Both the position numbers and the translations under genes were made by a program. Below the pieces are notes generated by a model. That model had not been told where the DNA came from, did not search any database, and saw only the letters and a list, made by a program, of their open reading frames with translations. A stretch of 55,548 bases of DNA from Pseudomonadota bacterium (GTDB lineage: Bacteria > Pseudomonadota > Gammaproteobacteria > Burkholderiales > Burkholderiaceae_C), in the NCBI GenBank assembly GCA_041170945.1, contig JBEDMU010000149.1:1-55548 (forward strand), read 5' to 3'. Below are positions 14,354 through 24,525 of this stretch, in pieces; within the stretch, counting starts at the first letter, position 1; every line of letters starts with the position of its first letter.

Positions 14354-15340
14354 ATGACTTCTCTCAACCCTCGTTCACAGCAGTGGCTGCAAATGGCACG
14401 CCAGACCCTCGATATCGAAACCCAAGCGTTGCAATATGCGGCCACTCGCTTGGGCGACGGTTTGGTTCAAGCGGTGGATGCCATGTTGCGTGCCAAGGGC
14501 CGAGTGGTGGTGATGGGCATGGGCAAAAGTGGCCATGTCGGTACTAAGATTGCCGCCACGCTGGCTTCAACCGGAACTCCTGCATTTTTTGTGCATCCTG
14601 CCGAAGCCCGTCATGGCGATTTGGGCATGATTCAGAGTGACGACGTGGTGCTGGCTATCAGCAACAGTGGCGAAAGTGAAGAGCTCACCTCGATATTGCC
14701 GTTGATCAAGCGCATGGGGGTTCCGTTGGTGGCCATGACAGGCGTGTTGAATTCGACATTGGCTGCGCACGCCGACTGTGTGATGGACAGCGGGGTTCAA
14801 CAAGAAGCGTGTCCTCACAATTTGGCTCCTACTGCCAGCACCACCGTCCAAATGGCTTTGGGAGATGCATTGGCCATGGCGTTGCTAGATGCGCGTGGCT
14901 TCAAGCCCGAGGATTTTGCACGTTCGCATCCAGGAGGGTCTTTGGGCCGCCGCTTGTTGACCCATGTTCATGACTTGATGCGCAGCGGTGATGCACTGCC
15001 TTGTGTGCAGGCCAACGACAGTTTGATGCACGTGATGCAAGTGATGAGCGAAAAAGGTTTGGGTGCGGCGATTGGTATTGATGACAAGCGCCATGTATGG
15101 GGCATTTTTACCGATGGCGATTTGCGTCGACTGTTGGCGCAAGGGCAAGATGTCAGGGCTCTCACCGCCGGACAGGTGATGAAAAACCAACCTCGCACGA
15201 TTTTGCCTGGCATGTTGGCTGTTGAGGCTGCGCAAGCCATGGAGAAACATCGCATCACCACGATGGTGGTGGTCAATGAGCAAGGGGTGTTGCAAGGAGC
15301 CCTTAACATGCACGATCTCATGCGTGCCAAGGTGATTTGA
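14354..15340 (+). CDS. kdsD: Arabinose-5-phosphate isomerase (KpsF/GutQ family)
   Basis: GMGKSGHVG, ASTGTPAFFVHPAEA.HGDLG, HPGGSLG, CBS pair; start ATG 14354 (alternative GTG 14348). Confidence 0.95.
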   Translation: MTSLNPRSQQWLQMARQTLDIETQALQYAATRLGDGLVQAVDAMLRAKGRVVVMGMGKSGHVGTKIAATLASTGTPAFFVHPAEARHGDLGMIQSDDVVLAISNSGESEELTSILPLIKRMGVPLVAMTGVLNSTLAAHADCVMDSGVQQEACPHNLAPTASTTVQMALGDALAMALLDARGFKPEDFARSHPGGSLGRRLLTHVHDLMRSGDALPCVQANDSLMHVMQVMSEKGLGAAIGIDDKRHVWGIFTDGDLRRLLAQGQDVRALTAGQVMKNQPRTILPGMLAVEAAQAMEKHRITTMVVVNEQGVLQGALNMHDLMRAKVI

Positions 15341-15882
15341 TGAACCTCCATTTCAGTCCTGAGTTGCTACTTAAAGCACAAAACATTCGCGTGTTGTTGT
15401 TGGATGTGGACGGTGTCTTGACTGACGGCGGCATCTACATGGCAGAGCAAGGTGAAATATTCAAGCGATTTAGCACACTCGATGGCCATGGCATCAAGTT
15501 GCTTCAAGCTTCAGGGGTGAAGGTAGCGGTCATCAGTGGTCGCGATTCTGCTGCCTTGCGTGTGCGTTTGCAGGCGCTGGGGGTGCAACACATGGAACTG
15601 GGAACAGAAGACAAGCTGCCGGCTGCACAACGGGTGTTGCATGCGCTGGGACTTGATTGGTCTCAAGCTGCTGTGATGGGTGACGACTGGCCCGACCTGC
15701 CGTTGATGAAGCGTGCGGCACTGGTGGCCGCGCCCCAAACAGCACACGCCGAAGCTTTGGCATTGGCGCATTGGGTGGTGCAAGCTCCAGCAGGTGGCGG
15801 GGCCGTCAGAGCGATCTGCGATTGCCTATTGGTGGCCAGTGGGGCATACCGATTGGAGCTGGAGAAAGCGCTTGGCAACTGA
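15340..15882 (+). CDS. kdsC: KDO 8-phosphate phosphatase
   Basis: HAD motif DVDGVLTDG, ISGR, MGDDWPDL, GGGAVR. Confidence 0.95.
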   Translation: MNLHFSPELLLKAQNIRVLLLDVDGVLTDGGIYMAEQGEIFKRFSTLDGHGIKLLQASGVKVAVISGRDSAALRVRLQALGVQHMELGTEDKLPAAQRVLHALGLDWSQAAVMGDDWPDLPLMKRAALVAAPQTAHAEALALAHWVVQAPAGGGAVRAICDCLLVASGAYRLELEKALGN

Positions 15883-16516
15883 GTTCAGTTCAGCGACACG
15901 TTGGCGCCAGAGGTGGGACGCCTGGGTGGCGTACCTGCCTGCCTTGCTCATGGCGTTGGTGGCCATGTGGACATTTTGGTTGACACAAACTGTAGACGTG
16001 CGTGAAAGCGACACCATTCAAGGGACGCCTCAGGCGTCTGGCCCTGATTATGAATTGACTGGTTTTGTGGCGCGATCGTTTAATGCCAAAGGCGTGTTGA
16101 CCTCTGTGGTGCATGGTGTACACGCCGTGCATGATCCTGGCCCAGGCCTGTTGGTGGTGACCGACGCGCGCATGGAGTCGCACCGCGAAAACGGAATCAC
16201 GCGTGCCCAAGCCAAACAGCTGTGGGTCTATGACGACCAAGAACGTTATGAGTTGCGTGGCGAAGTGCAAGTGGTACGACAGAGTGGCGATCAGCAACCC
16301 TTGCAATTTGAAGGCACGCGAGTTTTGGTGCATTCGCAACCCCGGGTCATGGAGTCGCCTGAACCGGTTCGCATCACCCGTGGCCAAGACGTGATCGTGG
16401 CGGCCTCTATGGTTCACGAAGAGAGCACGGGAGTGGTGATTCTCAAGGGTGGGGTCAAAGCCACGTTTGCGCCTCGCAGCAAAAAAACAAGCGCCCAACA
16501 AAAACGCCGCTCGTGA
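15872..16516 (+). CDS. lptC: LPS export ABC transporter periplasmic protein LptC
   Basis: Single N-terminal TM (AYLPALLMALVAMWTFWL), PDY...F beta-jellyroll pattern, position after kdsC; likely TTG start at 15872 with GGAG upstream. Confidence 0.85.
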   Translation: MATEFSSATRWRQRWDAWVAYLPALLMALVAMWTFWLTQTVDVRESDTIQGTPQASGPDYELTGFVARSFNAKGVLTSVVHGVHAVHDPGPGLLVVTDARMESHRENGITRAQAKQLWVYDDQERYELRGEVQVVRQSGDQQPLQFEGTRVLVHSQPRVMESPEPVRITRGQDVIVAASMVHEESTGVVILKGGVKATFAPRSKKTSAQQKRRS

Positions 16517-16526
16517 GCGGCGTTTT
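16501..16526. terminator. Bidirectional intrinsic terminator between lptC and the RRM gene
   Basis: AAAACGCCGCTC-GT-GAGCGGCGTTTT perfect inverted repeat with A/T flanks; contains the lptC stop codon. Confidence 0.85.
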
Positions 16527-16552
16527 GAGATCAGTCAGTTGACTGGTGCAGA

Positions 16553-16981
16553 TCAGTAGCTGTCGCCACCGCGACCGCCGCCAAAGCCACCTTCGCGACG
16601 ACCGCTGCCAAATTGGCCACGACCACCACCAAAGCCGCCTTCGCGACCACCGCCGAAGCCGCCATCACGGCCGCCACCAAAACCGCCTTCACGACGGCCA
16701 CCACCGAAACCACCGGTGCGGGGGGGACGGTCTGTCATGGGACGTGCTTCGTTGACGACGAGCGCACGGCCGCTGAGGCTTTGACCATGCATGCCTTGAA
16801 TGGCTGCTTGTGCTTGCTCATCGGTGCCCATTTCAACAAAACCAAAGCCTTTGGAGCGACCGGTGTCGCGTTCCATCATGACTTTGGCGCTGGTGACATC
16901 GCCAAATGCTTTAAAAGCTGTTTCGAGATCGTTGTCGCGGACCGTATAGGGAAGGTTGCCGACGTACAGTTTTTTGCCCAT
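16553..16981 (-). CDS. RRM (RNP-1) RNA-binding protein with Gly/Arg/Phe-rich tail
   Basis: RNP2 LYVGNL, RNP1 KGFGFVEM, VNEARP, then repeated GGFGGGR. Confidence 0.95.
   Translation of the reverse strand: MGKKLYVGNLPYTVRDNDLETAFKAFGDVTSAKVMMERDTGRSKGFGFVEMGTDEQAQAAIQGMHGQSLSGRALVVNEARPMTDRPPRTGGFGGGRREGGFGGGRDGGFGGGREGGFGGGRGQFGSGRREGGFGGGRGGDSY
16556..16715 (-). repeat. Coding tandem repeat (E/D)GGFGGGR, about 6 degenerate copies
   Basis: Plus strand shows repeated ccaccgccaaagccgccttc-like units with a period of roughly 24-27 nt. Confidence 0.8.
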
Positions 16982-17250
16982 TGCAGGGACTCCACAAAAA
17001 ATTTCCTTGTATCAAGCGATACGAGCCCCAGCCAGCACCCGAAAAACAACAGAGCCACTTAGACCATCGATCACCACCCGAACCTGCTCGTGCAAGCTCG
17101 TGCGGCCATTATGGGTGCAATACGCCCGAAAATACAGGTGTTTTCGCATTGAAATCCCTAAAAAACCACGGTTTTAGAAGGATTCCTGTGTGAAAACCGC
17201 TTCATTCAGGGTAAATCCGCATCAAATTGCATTGCTATACTGCCCCAGAC

Positions 17251-18417
17251 ATGAGTTTGATTGCCAAGCCCCAGTTCATCGATATTGATCTTCCGTTGAC
17301 GTTGCAGTCCGGTCGCGTGTTGTCGCAATTTCGGCTGGCATATGAAACCTATGGCACCCTCAATGCGGACAGAAGCAATGCGGTATTGATTTGTCATGCG
17401 CTTAATGCCTCGCACCATGTGGCAGGGGTTTATCTCGATGACCAAGGACAAGTCGTTGCCCGCAGTGAAGGTTGGTGGGACAACATGGTCGGGCCCGGCA
17501 AGGCGTTAGACACCAATCGATTTTTTGTGATTGGGGTCAACAATCTGGGTTCGTGTTTTGGATCGAGCGGCCCTACAACGCAACATCCCGATACAGGTCA
17601 GATATGGGGCGCAGATTTTCCAGTGGTCACGGTAGAAGACTGGGTCAATGCGCAGGCCATGTTGCTGGATGCTTTGCACATTGAACAGCTGGCTGCTGTG
17701 ATGGGTGGCAGCTTGGGGGGCATGCAGGCGTTGTCATGGACCTTGCAGCATCCCCACCGCGTGCGACATGCCGTCGTGATTGCCAGTGCACCCAACCTCA
17801 CCGCAGAAAACATTGCGTTTAATGAAGTCGCCCGCCGGGCCATTATCACCGACCCCGATTTTCACGACGGACATTATCGTCAGCATGGCGTGATCCCTCG
17901 TCGTGGCTTGCGCATCGCTCGCATGATTGGGCACATCACCTATTTGAGTGATGATGTGATGAATGAAAAATTTGGTCGCAGCTTGGTGGCTGCGTCCGAG
18001 CAAGGTCATGCGGCCATGGAAGAAGTGGTGTATCGATACACCACCCAAGATGTTGAGTTTCAAATTGAAAGTTACTTGCGCCACCAAGGTGACAAATTTG
18101 CCGAATACTTTGATGCCAATACTTATTTGCTGATCACGCGAGCATTGGATTATTTTGATCCCGCGCGACACCACGGTGGCGATTTGGCGTTGGCTTTGCA
18201 AGCCTCAAAAGCCCATTATTTGCTGGTGAGTTTTAGCACCGATTGGCGCTTTTCCCCGCAACGCAGTCGAGAAATGGTGCGTGCCTTGCTGAAAAACGAT
18301 CGGCCTGTGACTTATGCGGAAATTGACGCTCGCCATGGACACGACGCTTTTTTGTTAGACGATGAACGTTATTTGTCTGTCGTTCGGGCTTACTTTGAGC
18401 GTGAGGTGGCGGCATGA
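17251..18417 (+). CDS. metX: Homoserine O-acyltransferase MetX (acetyl or succinyl specificity not determinable here)
   Basis: [25 protein letters not shown] nucleophile elbow, FDANTY, HGHDAFL. Confidence 0.96.
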   Translation: MSLIAKPQFIDIDLPLTLQSGRVLSQFRLAYETYGTLNADRSNAVLICHALNASHHVAGVYLDDQGQVVARSEGWWDNMVGPGKALDTNRFFVIGVNNLGSCFGSSGPTTQHPDTGQIWGADFPVVTVEDWVNAQAMLLDALHIEQLAAVMGGSLGGMQALSWTLQHPHRVRHAVVIASAPNLTAENIAFNEVARRAIITDPDFHDGHYRQHGVIPRRGLRIARMIGHITYLSDDVMNEKFGRSLVAASEQGHAAMEEVVYRYTTQDVEFQIESYLRHQGDKFAEYFDANTYLLITRALDYFDPARHHGGDLALALQASKAHYLLVSFSTDWRFSPQRSREMVRALLKNDRPVTYAEIDARHGHDAFLLDDERYLSVVRAYFEREVAA

Positions 18418-18995
18418 GCGATACACGCTTGATTCAACTCATGGCTCAATGGGTGCCAGCGGGCTCACGTGTGCTCGATTTGGGCTGTGGCGATGGTCGC
18501 TTGATGGAATATTTGATTGAGCACAGAGGCTGTAGCGGTTATGGGGTTGAAATCAACGATGCCAAATTGTTGGCTTGCGTCAAGCGAGGTGTACCAGTTT
18601 TGCAGCTCAACCTAGACGAAGGTCTGGACATGTTTGAAGACGATTCGTTTGACGTCGTGTTGCAAATTGACACTTTGCAGCATTTGCGCAACGCATCGGT
18701 CATGTTGAAAGAAACGGCGCGTGTGGGCCGCATGGGTATTGTCGCGTTTCCTAACTTCGCCCACTGGCCCAACCGTTTTCAGGTGTTGCGTGGGCGCATG
18801 CCGGTGACCAAACGCCTGCCCTATCAATGGCATGACACCCCGAATATTCGAGTGGGCACCTATGCCGACTTTGACGTGTTGGCGCGCAGTCATGGGTTGA
18901 CGATTTTGGACAGCTTTGGTTTGCACGAAGGGCAAATTCGCCGCTGGTTGCCCAACTGGATGGCCAGCACGGCCGTATTCAAGTTTCAGCGCTGA
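18414..18995 (+). CDS. metW: Methionine biosynthesis protein MetW
   Basis: [12 protein letters not shown]-binding motif, [19 protein letters not shown]; ATGA overlap with metX. Confidence 0.96.
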   Translation: MSDTRLIQLMAQWVPAGSRVLDLGCGDGRLMEYLIEHRGCSGYGVEINDAKLLACVKRGVPVLQLNLDEGLDMFEDDSFDVVLQIDTLQHLRNASVMLKETARVGRMGIVAFPNFAHWPNRFQVLRGRMPVTKRLPYQWHDTPNIRVGTYADFDVLARSHGLTILDSFGLHEGQIRRWLPNWMASTAVFKFQR

Positions 18996-19720
18996 GGCAA
19001 AGAGCTCAAATTCCACACCGCAGCCCAAACCGCTGTGTCGGTTCTCAGTACCCGAGGGCCTAACGACAGCGACTGAAAACCTCGCTGCGACGCCCATTCG
19101 ACTTCTGCGTCACTCCATCCGCCCTCAGGCCCAATCAGGACCCAATGTTCGAGACTGCTGGACTGTTCGTGACAGGCCAAGGTGCTGAGATTGGGGTGTG
19201 CGATCCAAAGTGAAGCCTTGTTTTGCCAAGGAGCGCTATCGAGCCAAGCCCCCAGGGTTTGCAATGCATGAACCGTGGGCACGGTGTTGCGGCCACACTG
19301 TGCACAGGCCGCAATGGCGACACCTTGCCAATGCTCTACTTTGCGTTGGACCTTGTCGGCCGAAGATTTCCAAACCGAACGTTGCGCCACCAATGGAGTG
19401 ATGCTGCTCACGCCTAGCTCGGTGGCCTTTTCAACCAATGTATCCATGCGGTCGTTGGCAGGAACGGCAACCGCCACGTGGATTTGGGCCAGGTTTTCGC
19501 GTTCGATCAGTCGATGCGCCACGATCTCGACATGGACCGACGAGCGGGTCATGCGGACAATGCGGGCATCCCATTCGCCCTCACCAGCACGACCTGTAAA
19601 CAGAGTGATCAGATCATCCGGCTGCATGCGCAACACTTGCACATGACGGACGCTGTCGCTTGGAAGCTCAACCGTCAACGATGGTGCCAATGGCAAGTCA
19701 CAATAAATTCGTGCTGGCAT
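18986..19720 (-). CDS. rsmE: 16S rRNA m3U1498 methyltransferase
   Basis: HVQVLRM, VEKATELGV, IGPEGGWS, SLGPRVLRTDTA. Confidence 0.96.
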   Translation of the reverse strand: MPARIYCDLPLAPSLTVELPSDSVRHVQVLRMQPDDLITLFTGRAGEGEWDARIVRMTRSSVHVEIVAHRLIERENLAQIHVAVAVPANDRMDTLVEKATELGVSSITPLVAQRSVWKSSADKVQRKVEHWQGVAIAACAQCGRNTVPTVHALQTLGAWLDSAPWQNKASLWIAHPNLSTLACHEQSSSLEHWVLIGPEGGWSDAEVEWASQRGFQSLSLGPRVLRTDTAVWAAVWNLSSLPQR

Positions 19721-19731
19721 GCGATGAAATC

Positions 19732-20790
19732 CTAGGTGCGTCCGTATGCAAACCCAGAGGCCGCCTGCAGATTCTCAAGTTCGTCTATCAGACGCAGCAA
19801 CGGAGTCAGCTCACGATATCGTGAGGCGATTTCGCGCACGTAAATCACAAAGCGAGGCGTGTCAGCAAGGTACTTCGGTTTGCCATCGCGCAAAGTCAAC
19901 CGTGCAAAGATTCCTAATATTTTGAGATGTCGTTGCAGGGCCATCCAATCGACGGCGCGCCAAAATTCGCCGAAGTCCTCTTCCCACTCTGGGCGTTGCA
20001 AGAGTCCGGCTTTTTTGGCTTTTTCCCAGTATCGAATGGTGATGTCGACCACTCGATCATCCTCCCATGTGTGAAACGCATCCCGCATCAGGCTTGCAAT
20101 GTCGTAGGTGAGGGGTCCGTAAACAGCGTCTTGAAAATCGACGACACCCAGCTGTCCGGTCGGCGACACCATGAGATTGCGTGGCATGAAGTCGCGGTGC
20201 ACATAGACGTTGGGGGCTGACAAGTTGCGATCGATGATGAGATCAAATAGCGCATGCAGTGATTCGCGTTGCTTAAACGCGGCGGGCCATGCTTTGTGCT
20301 GCGTGATGTACCAATCTGGAAACAAATCGAGCTCTCGGCGCAATAGCGCACGATCGTAAGCAGGCAGAACGTTGGGTTGAGAGGCCAGTTGCCACCGAAT
20401 CAGCAAGTCCAAAGATTCGCGCAGCATCTGGTCTGCATCTTGGGGCCGATGCTGCAAATGCTGCAACAGGGTGAGTTGGCCTAGATCGGTCAGCAACATG
20501 AAACCTTGAGTCGGTTCCCACTCGAGGACATCGGGGCCTGGCACCCCCGCTTTTTGCATCAATTGGGCCACTTGCACAAAGGGCTGACAATTTTCCTTGT
20601 CGGGTGGCGCATCCATGATGATGCGACTGTTACCGTCTGCACCCATGATGCGAAAGTAGCGTCTGAAACTGGCGTCGGCAGACGCAACGCTCAGCGTGTT
20701 GGGAAGCAGTTGCTGGGTACGGCAAATGCGTTCCAGCCATTGGGTGAAGGCGCCTTCACGTTGGGGGTCGGTCCAAGAAATGTCGTTCAT
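19732..20790 (-). CDS. amgK: Anomeric MurNAc/GlcNAc kinase AmgK (APH-like phosphotransferase)
   Basis: ASADASFRRYFR, MDAPP, HRDFMPRNLM, DFQDAVYGP, QRHLKILGIFARL..RDGK; divergent from lptD. Confidence 0.88.
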   Translation of the reverse strand: MNDISWTDPQREGAFTQWLERICRTQQLLPNTLSVASADASFRRYFRIMGADGNSRIIMDAPPDKENCQPFVQVAQLMQKAGVPGPDVLEWEPTQGFMLLTDLGQLTLLQHLQHRPQDADQMLRESLDLLIRWQLASQPNVLPAYDRALLRRELDLFPDWYITQHKAWPAAFKQRESLHALFDLIIDRNLSAPNVYVHRDFMPRNLMVSPTGQLGVVDFQDAVYGPLTYDIASLMRDAFHTWEDDRVVDITIRYWEKAKKAGLLQRPEWEEDFGEFWRAVDWMALQRHLKILGIFARLTLRDGKPKYLADTPRFVIYVREIASRYRELTPLLRLIDELENLQAASGFAYGRT

Positions 20791-20870
20791 GTGTTTGGTT
20801 GGCGCAAGGGTGACGGACGAGGGCTAGCCCATAGGATAATGGTGCCCAACGCATTGTAGGGTTTGTCCAG

Positions 20871-23219
20871 TTGCAGTCATCTTTTTTATTGTCCAAGCGA
20901 GTTTCGTTTTTGTTCAAGCGGTCCTTGTTGACAGGTGCCGTGCTGGGCGCTTGCAGTGCCATGGCGCAAGTGTTGAATACCGATCAAGGACTGCAATATC
21001 AATTGCGCTTGGAGGCAGTTGAAGAATCAGAGGCGGCCGCTTTTGTGTTGGGTGACCACATTGAAGGCGTGACAGAAGAGCGGGTGCGCGTACAAGGCAA
21101 TGCTGAATTGCGTCGCGAAGACATTGTCATCAAAGCCGACACCATTGACCACGACGCCACCACCGATGTGGTGCAAGCCCAAGGCCATGTTCGGGTGATT
21201 CAAGCGGGCAATGTGATGCAAGGTCCGCAATTGGTGATGGATTTGGAAAACTCCAAAGGCCTGATGACCACCCCCGATTACCAATTTTTGCAAGGCGGCC
21301 AAGGTTACGCATCAGTGGTTGAGTTTCAAAGTCGCGACGTGACAGTGGCACGCGATGTTCGACATTCCACCTGTGCGCGACCGCCCTTGGGCGAATGGAT
21401 GCCCGATTGGATGTTGTCGGCTTCTAGCATCACCTTTGATCGCGAGGCAGACACGGGCACCGCGCGCAATGCCGTGGTCAGTTTTCAGGGAGTGCCGCTG
21501 TTGGTCACGCCTTGGTTGGAATTTCCACTTTCAGAAAAAAGGCGCTCGGGGTTTTTGCCCCCGACCTTCAACTTGGCGACGGAGAGCGGTTTTGAGCTCA
21601 CCGTGCCTTATTACTTGAACGTGCACCCACAAGTTGATGCGACCTTGTACCCCACGTTGATGACCAAGCGCGGAGTTGATTTGGCAGGTGAAGTTCGCTA
21701 TTTGCTTCCTACGGCCAGTGGCACCACTCGCTTGGCCTATATGCCCAGTGACAGTTTGCGCGATGAAGATCGTTGGGGTGTGGCGCTGCAGCACCAGATG
21801 AAGCTTGATTCCTTGCGGCCAGGCGCACAACTGGGCGTGACCATCAACCGCGTCAGCGACGACAACTACTGGCAAGATTTTCCTCGCACCATCACCTCGC
21901 TCACGTCGCGTTTGTTGTCTACCGATGTGGTGCTGAGTTCCCCCCTGTGGGGCGGTAGCGCCAGCGTAGGCTCTTACACCTATCAAACCTTGCAGCAGCC
22001 CGATCCCATCACAGTGCCCTACGACCGGTTGCCGCACCTGACATGGACAGGTACGCTGCCCTTTAGACTGTGGAACGGGGGCTTTACTTTAGACACGCAA
22101 GTGACGCAGTTTGATGCGCAACGTCCCAATGTGAACGATGCCCAAAATGGTTGGCGCTCGGTGGCCTCTTTGCAGTGGAGCCGATCGTTTGACACGGCGG
22201 CCAGCTACATTCGACCATCGGTTCGAGCGCACGCCCGACACTATGCCCTGGACCGACCCATGACCTCTGGCGTTTATGCGGGTCAAGATTCGGCTTCGGT
22301 GGTGATTCCGACCCTCAGCGTCGACAGTGGGTTGTTTTTTGAACGTGAGGCTGGTGACTCAGCCCTGCAGACTTTAGAGCCCAGAGCCATGTTGTCATGG
22401 ACGCAAACCAAGTTGCAAACCGGCCTGCCCAATTACGACTCGGGCGACGTTGACTTCAACATGTCAAGCATTTTTTCTCCGTTTCCGATTTCGGGTAACG
22501 ATCGAGTCGCCGATATGAAGGCCTTGACCTTGGGCATGACTTCGCGTTGGTTGGATCGTGACAGTGGTCGTGAATCGTGGAGCGTGGGCGTGGCGCAACG
22601 CTTGCGTTTGGAAGATCAAGAAGTTCAAACCAGCGACTCAGCCACGGCCTTGACCGCTACATGGAGTGACGTTTTGGTTGAGGGCCGCTTGAGTGTGACC
22701 GATCAATGGTCTGGAGCCCTTTCAGTGCAGGTTGATCAGGACACCAATCGCATTCGGCGCACTACATCAACGGTGACCTACACCCCCACCAACTATCGTT
22801 CGTTGAGTTTGGGCTATAGCTTTCAGCGCGATACCAGTGAACTGGCGCATGTGGCTTGGCAGTGGCCGCTGAATGACTTGTGGGGCGATCGAGGACGTGA
22901 TTTGGGACCTGGCCGTGGCCTAGGCACCCCTCGTTGGTACAGCGTCGGACGATTGAATTACAGCGTGATGGATCGCAAGCTCACCGACATGATTGCCGGA
23001 TTTGAGTACGATGCAGGCTGTTGGGTAGGTCGCGTGGTGTTGGAGCGCTTGCAAACCAGTACCGCCACCTCTAACCAGCGAATTTTGTTTCAACTGGAGC
23101 TGAACGGGTTTTCACGTTTGGGCTCCAGCCCGTTGGCCCTGTTGCAAAGCAACATTCCCAGGTACCAGTATCTTCGCCAAGAAGTGGTGTCACCTAGCCG
23201 ATTTGTGAACTATGAATAA
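20871..23219 (+). CDS. lptD: LPS-assembly outer membrane protein LptD (start uncertain)
   Basis: Signal-like N-terminus, RRSGFLPP, PYYLN, VSDDNYW.D, LEPR, EYDAGCW, FQLELNG. Confidence 0.95.
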   Translation: MQSSFLLSKRVSFLFKRSLLTGAVLGACSAMAQVLNTDQGLQYQLRLEAVEESEAAAFVLGDHIEGVTEERVRVQGNAELRREDIVIKADTIDHDATTDVVQAQGHVRVIQAGNVMQGPQLVMDLENSKGLMTTPDYQFLQGGQGYASVVEFQSRDVTVARDVRHSTCARPPLGEWMPDWMLSASSITFDREADTGTARNAVVSFQGVPLLVTPWLEFPLSEKRRSGFLPPTFNLATESGFELTVPYYLNVHPQVDATLYPTLMTKRGVDLAGEVRYLLPTASGTTRLAYMPSDSLRDEDRWGVALQHQMKLDSLRPGAQLGVTINRVSDDNYWQDFPRTITSLTSRLLSTDVVLSSPLWGGSASVGSYTYQTLQQPDPITVPYDRLPHLTWTGTLPFRLWNGGFTLDTQVTQFDAQRPNVNDAQNGWRSVASLQWSRSFDTAASYIRPSVRAHARHYALDRPMTSGVYAGQDSASVVIPTLSVDSGLFFEREAGDSALQTLEPRAMLSWTQTKLQTGLPNYDSGDVDFNMSSIFSPFPISGNDRVADMKALTLGMTSRWLDRDSGRESWSVGVAQRLRLEDQEVQTSDSATALTATWSDVLVEGRLSVTDQWSGALSVQVDQDTNRIRRTTSTVTYTPTNYRSLSLGYSFQRDTSELAHVAWQWPLNDLWGDRGRDLGPGRGLGTPRWYSVGRLNYSVMDRKLTDMIAGFEYDAGCWVGRVVLERLQTSTATSNQRILFQLELNGFSRLGSSPLALLQSNIPRYQYLRQEVVSPSRFVNYE

Positions 23220-24525
23220 ATCTAAATATCAGGTTGCCCGTCGCCCCATGTCCAAGTGGGTGCCAGCGCTTGCTTTGGTAGCGGCTTTGGGGGTGGGGTC
23301 TTCTTCTGCTTGGGCAGTTCGTGCCGTTGACCATGTGGTTGCCGTTGTCAATGGTCAACCCTTGACTTATCAAGAGTGGCAGTCACGGGTTCAGGCTTTG
23401 CGCAGCGCCAACCCCCAGGCCTCGGGGGCTGCGTTTGAAAAGCAGGTGTTAGAAGCCTTGATTGCTGAGCGCGCACAAATGCAGTGGGCACGTGAGCGAG
23501 GTTTGGAAGCTGACAACAATGAAGTGCAAGCAGCGATACAAAGTGTGGCGTCACAAAATCAAATCTCGGTAGAAACTTTGCTGGCTCGATTGAAAGAGCA
23601 AGGGGTGAGCGAGCAAGCCTATCGAGAGCAGTTGCGCGAACAACTGACTTTGAGACAAGCACGTGACCAAGTGGTCAATACCCGTGTACAGGTAACAGAA
23701 TCACAAATCGATCAGTTCTTGCGCACCCTGCCTCAAACCGGACAAGAGCGTTTGCGCTTGTTGCAATGGTTGGTGAAGGTGCCCGAAGGTGCCTCCTCTT
23801 CGATAGTTGCAGCGGCTAAGGCGCAAGCAGAAGATTGGGCAAAAAAATTGGCTCAGGGTGCCGACCCTAACGTGTTGACCCAAGCGCAAATGGCTCTAGG
23901 CGGGGCTTCGAATGTGCAGCCTGACATGGGGTTGCGAGAAGCGGGTCGATATCCTGATGTGTTTGTGCAGGCGGTGCAAGGTCTGCCTACAGGGGCGGTT
24001 GCGCCGGTGGTGCAAAGTGCAGCCGGTTTTCATGTGCTGCAATTGGTCGAGCGCAAGAGCCCACTTCCTTTGATCAACGTTCCGAAAACCCGGTCTAGAC
24101 ATATTTTGTTGCGTTTGGGTGAAGGTGAAAACCCCAATGCCAAGGTGTCCCGATTGCAAGCCTTGCGCGAAGAAATTGTGAGCGGCAAAGTGTCGTTTGT
24201 GGATGCAGCCAAGCAAGTCAGTCAAGATGGGTCGGCTGCAGTGGGCGGTGATTTGGGCTGGGCCACTGCAGGACAGTTTGTTCCTGAATTTGAATCGGTG
24301 ATGAATGGCTTGCCGCCAGGCCAAGTGTCGGCTCCCGTGGTCTCGCGCTTTGGTGTTCACCTGATTGAGGTGCTCGATCGGCAACAGCAACCGCTAGACG
24401 AGGCGGGCTTGCGTTCTTGGGCCCGTGCTCAGTTGCGTGAGCAAAAGGCAGAAGAAGCCCTGGCCATTTGGGCGCGCGATGTGCGCTCAAGTGCCTTTGT
24501 CGACATATTGGAGTCGATGCCTTGA
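23212..24525 (+). CDS. surA: Periplasmic chaperone/PPIase SurA
   Basis: VDHVVAVVN, two parvulin-like domains (RHILL, SQDGSA..GGDLGW, SRFGVHLI); follows lptD. Confidence 0.93.
   Translation: MNKSKYQVARRPMSKWVPALALVAALGVGSSSAWAVRAVDHVVAVVNGQPLTYQEWQSRVQALRSANPQASGAAFEKQVLEALIAERAQMQWARERGLEADNNEVQAAIQSVASQNQISVETLLARLKEQGVSEQAYREQLREQLTLRQARDQVVNTRVQVTESQIDQFLRTLPQTGQERLRLLQWLVKVPEGASSSIVAAAKAQAEDWAKKLAQGADPNVLTQAQMALGGASNVQPDMGLREAGRYPDVFVQAVQGLPTGAVAPVVQSAAGFHVLQLVERKSPLPLINVPKTRSRHILLRLGEGENPNAKVSRLQALREEIVSGKVSFVDAAKQVSQDGSAAVGGDLGWATAGQFVPEFESVMNGLPPGQVSAPVVSRFGVHLIEVLDRQQQPLDEAGLRSWARAQLREQKAEEALAIWARDVRSSAFVDILESMP

Noticed and set aside
17150-17250. SAM riboswitch upstream of metX
   Set aside because: No SAM-I/II consensus recognised, and the putative -10 leaves almost no leader.
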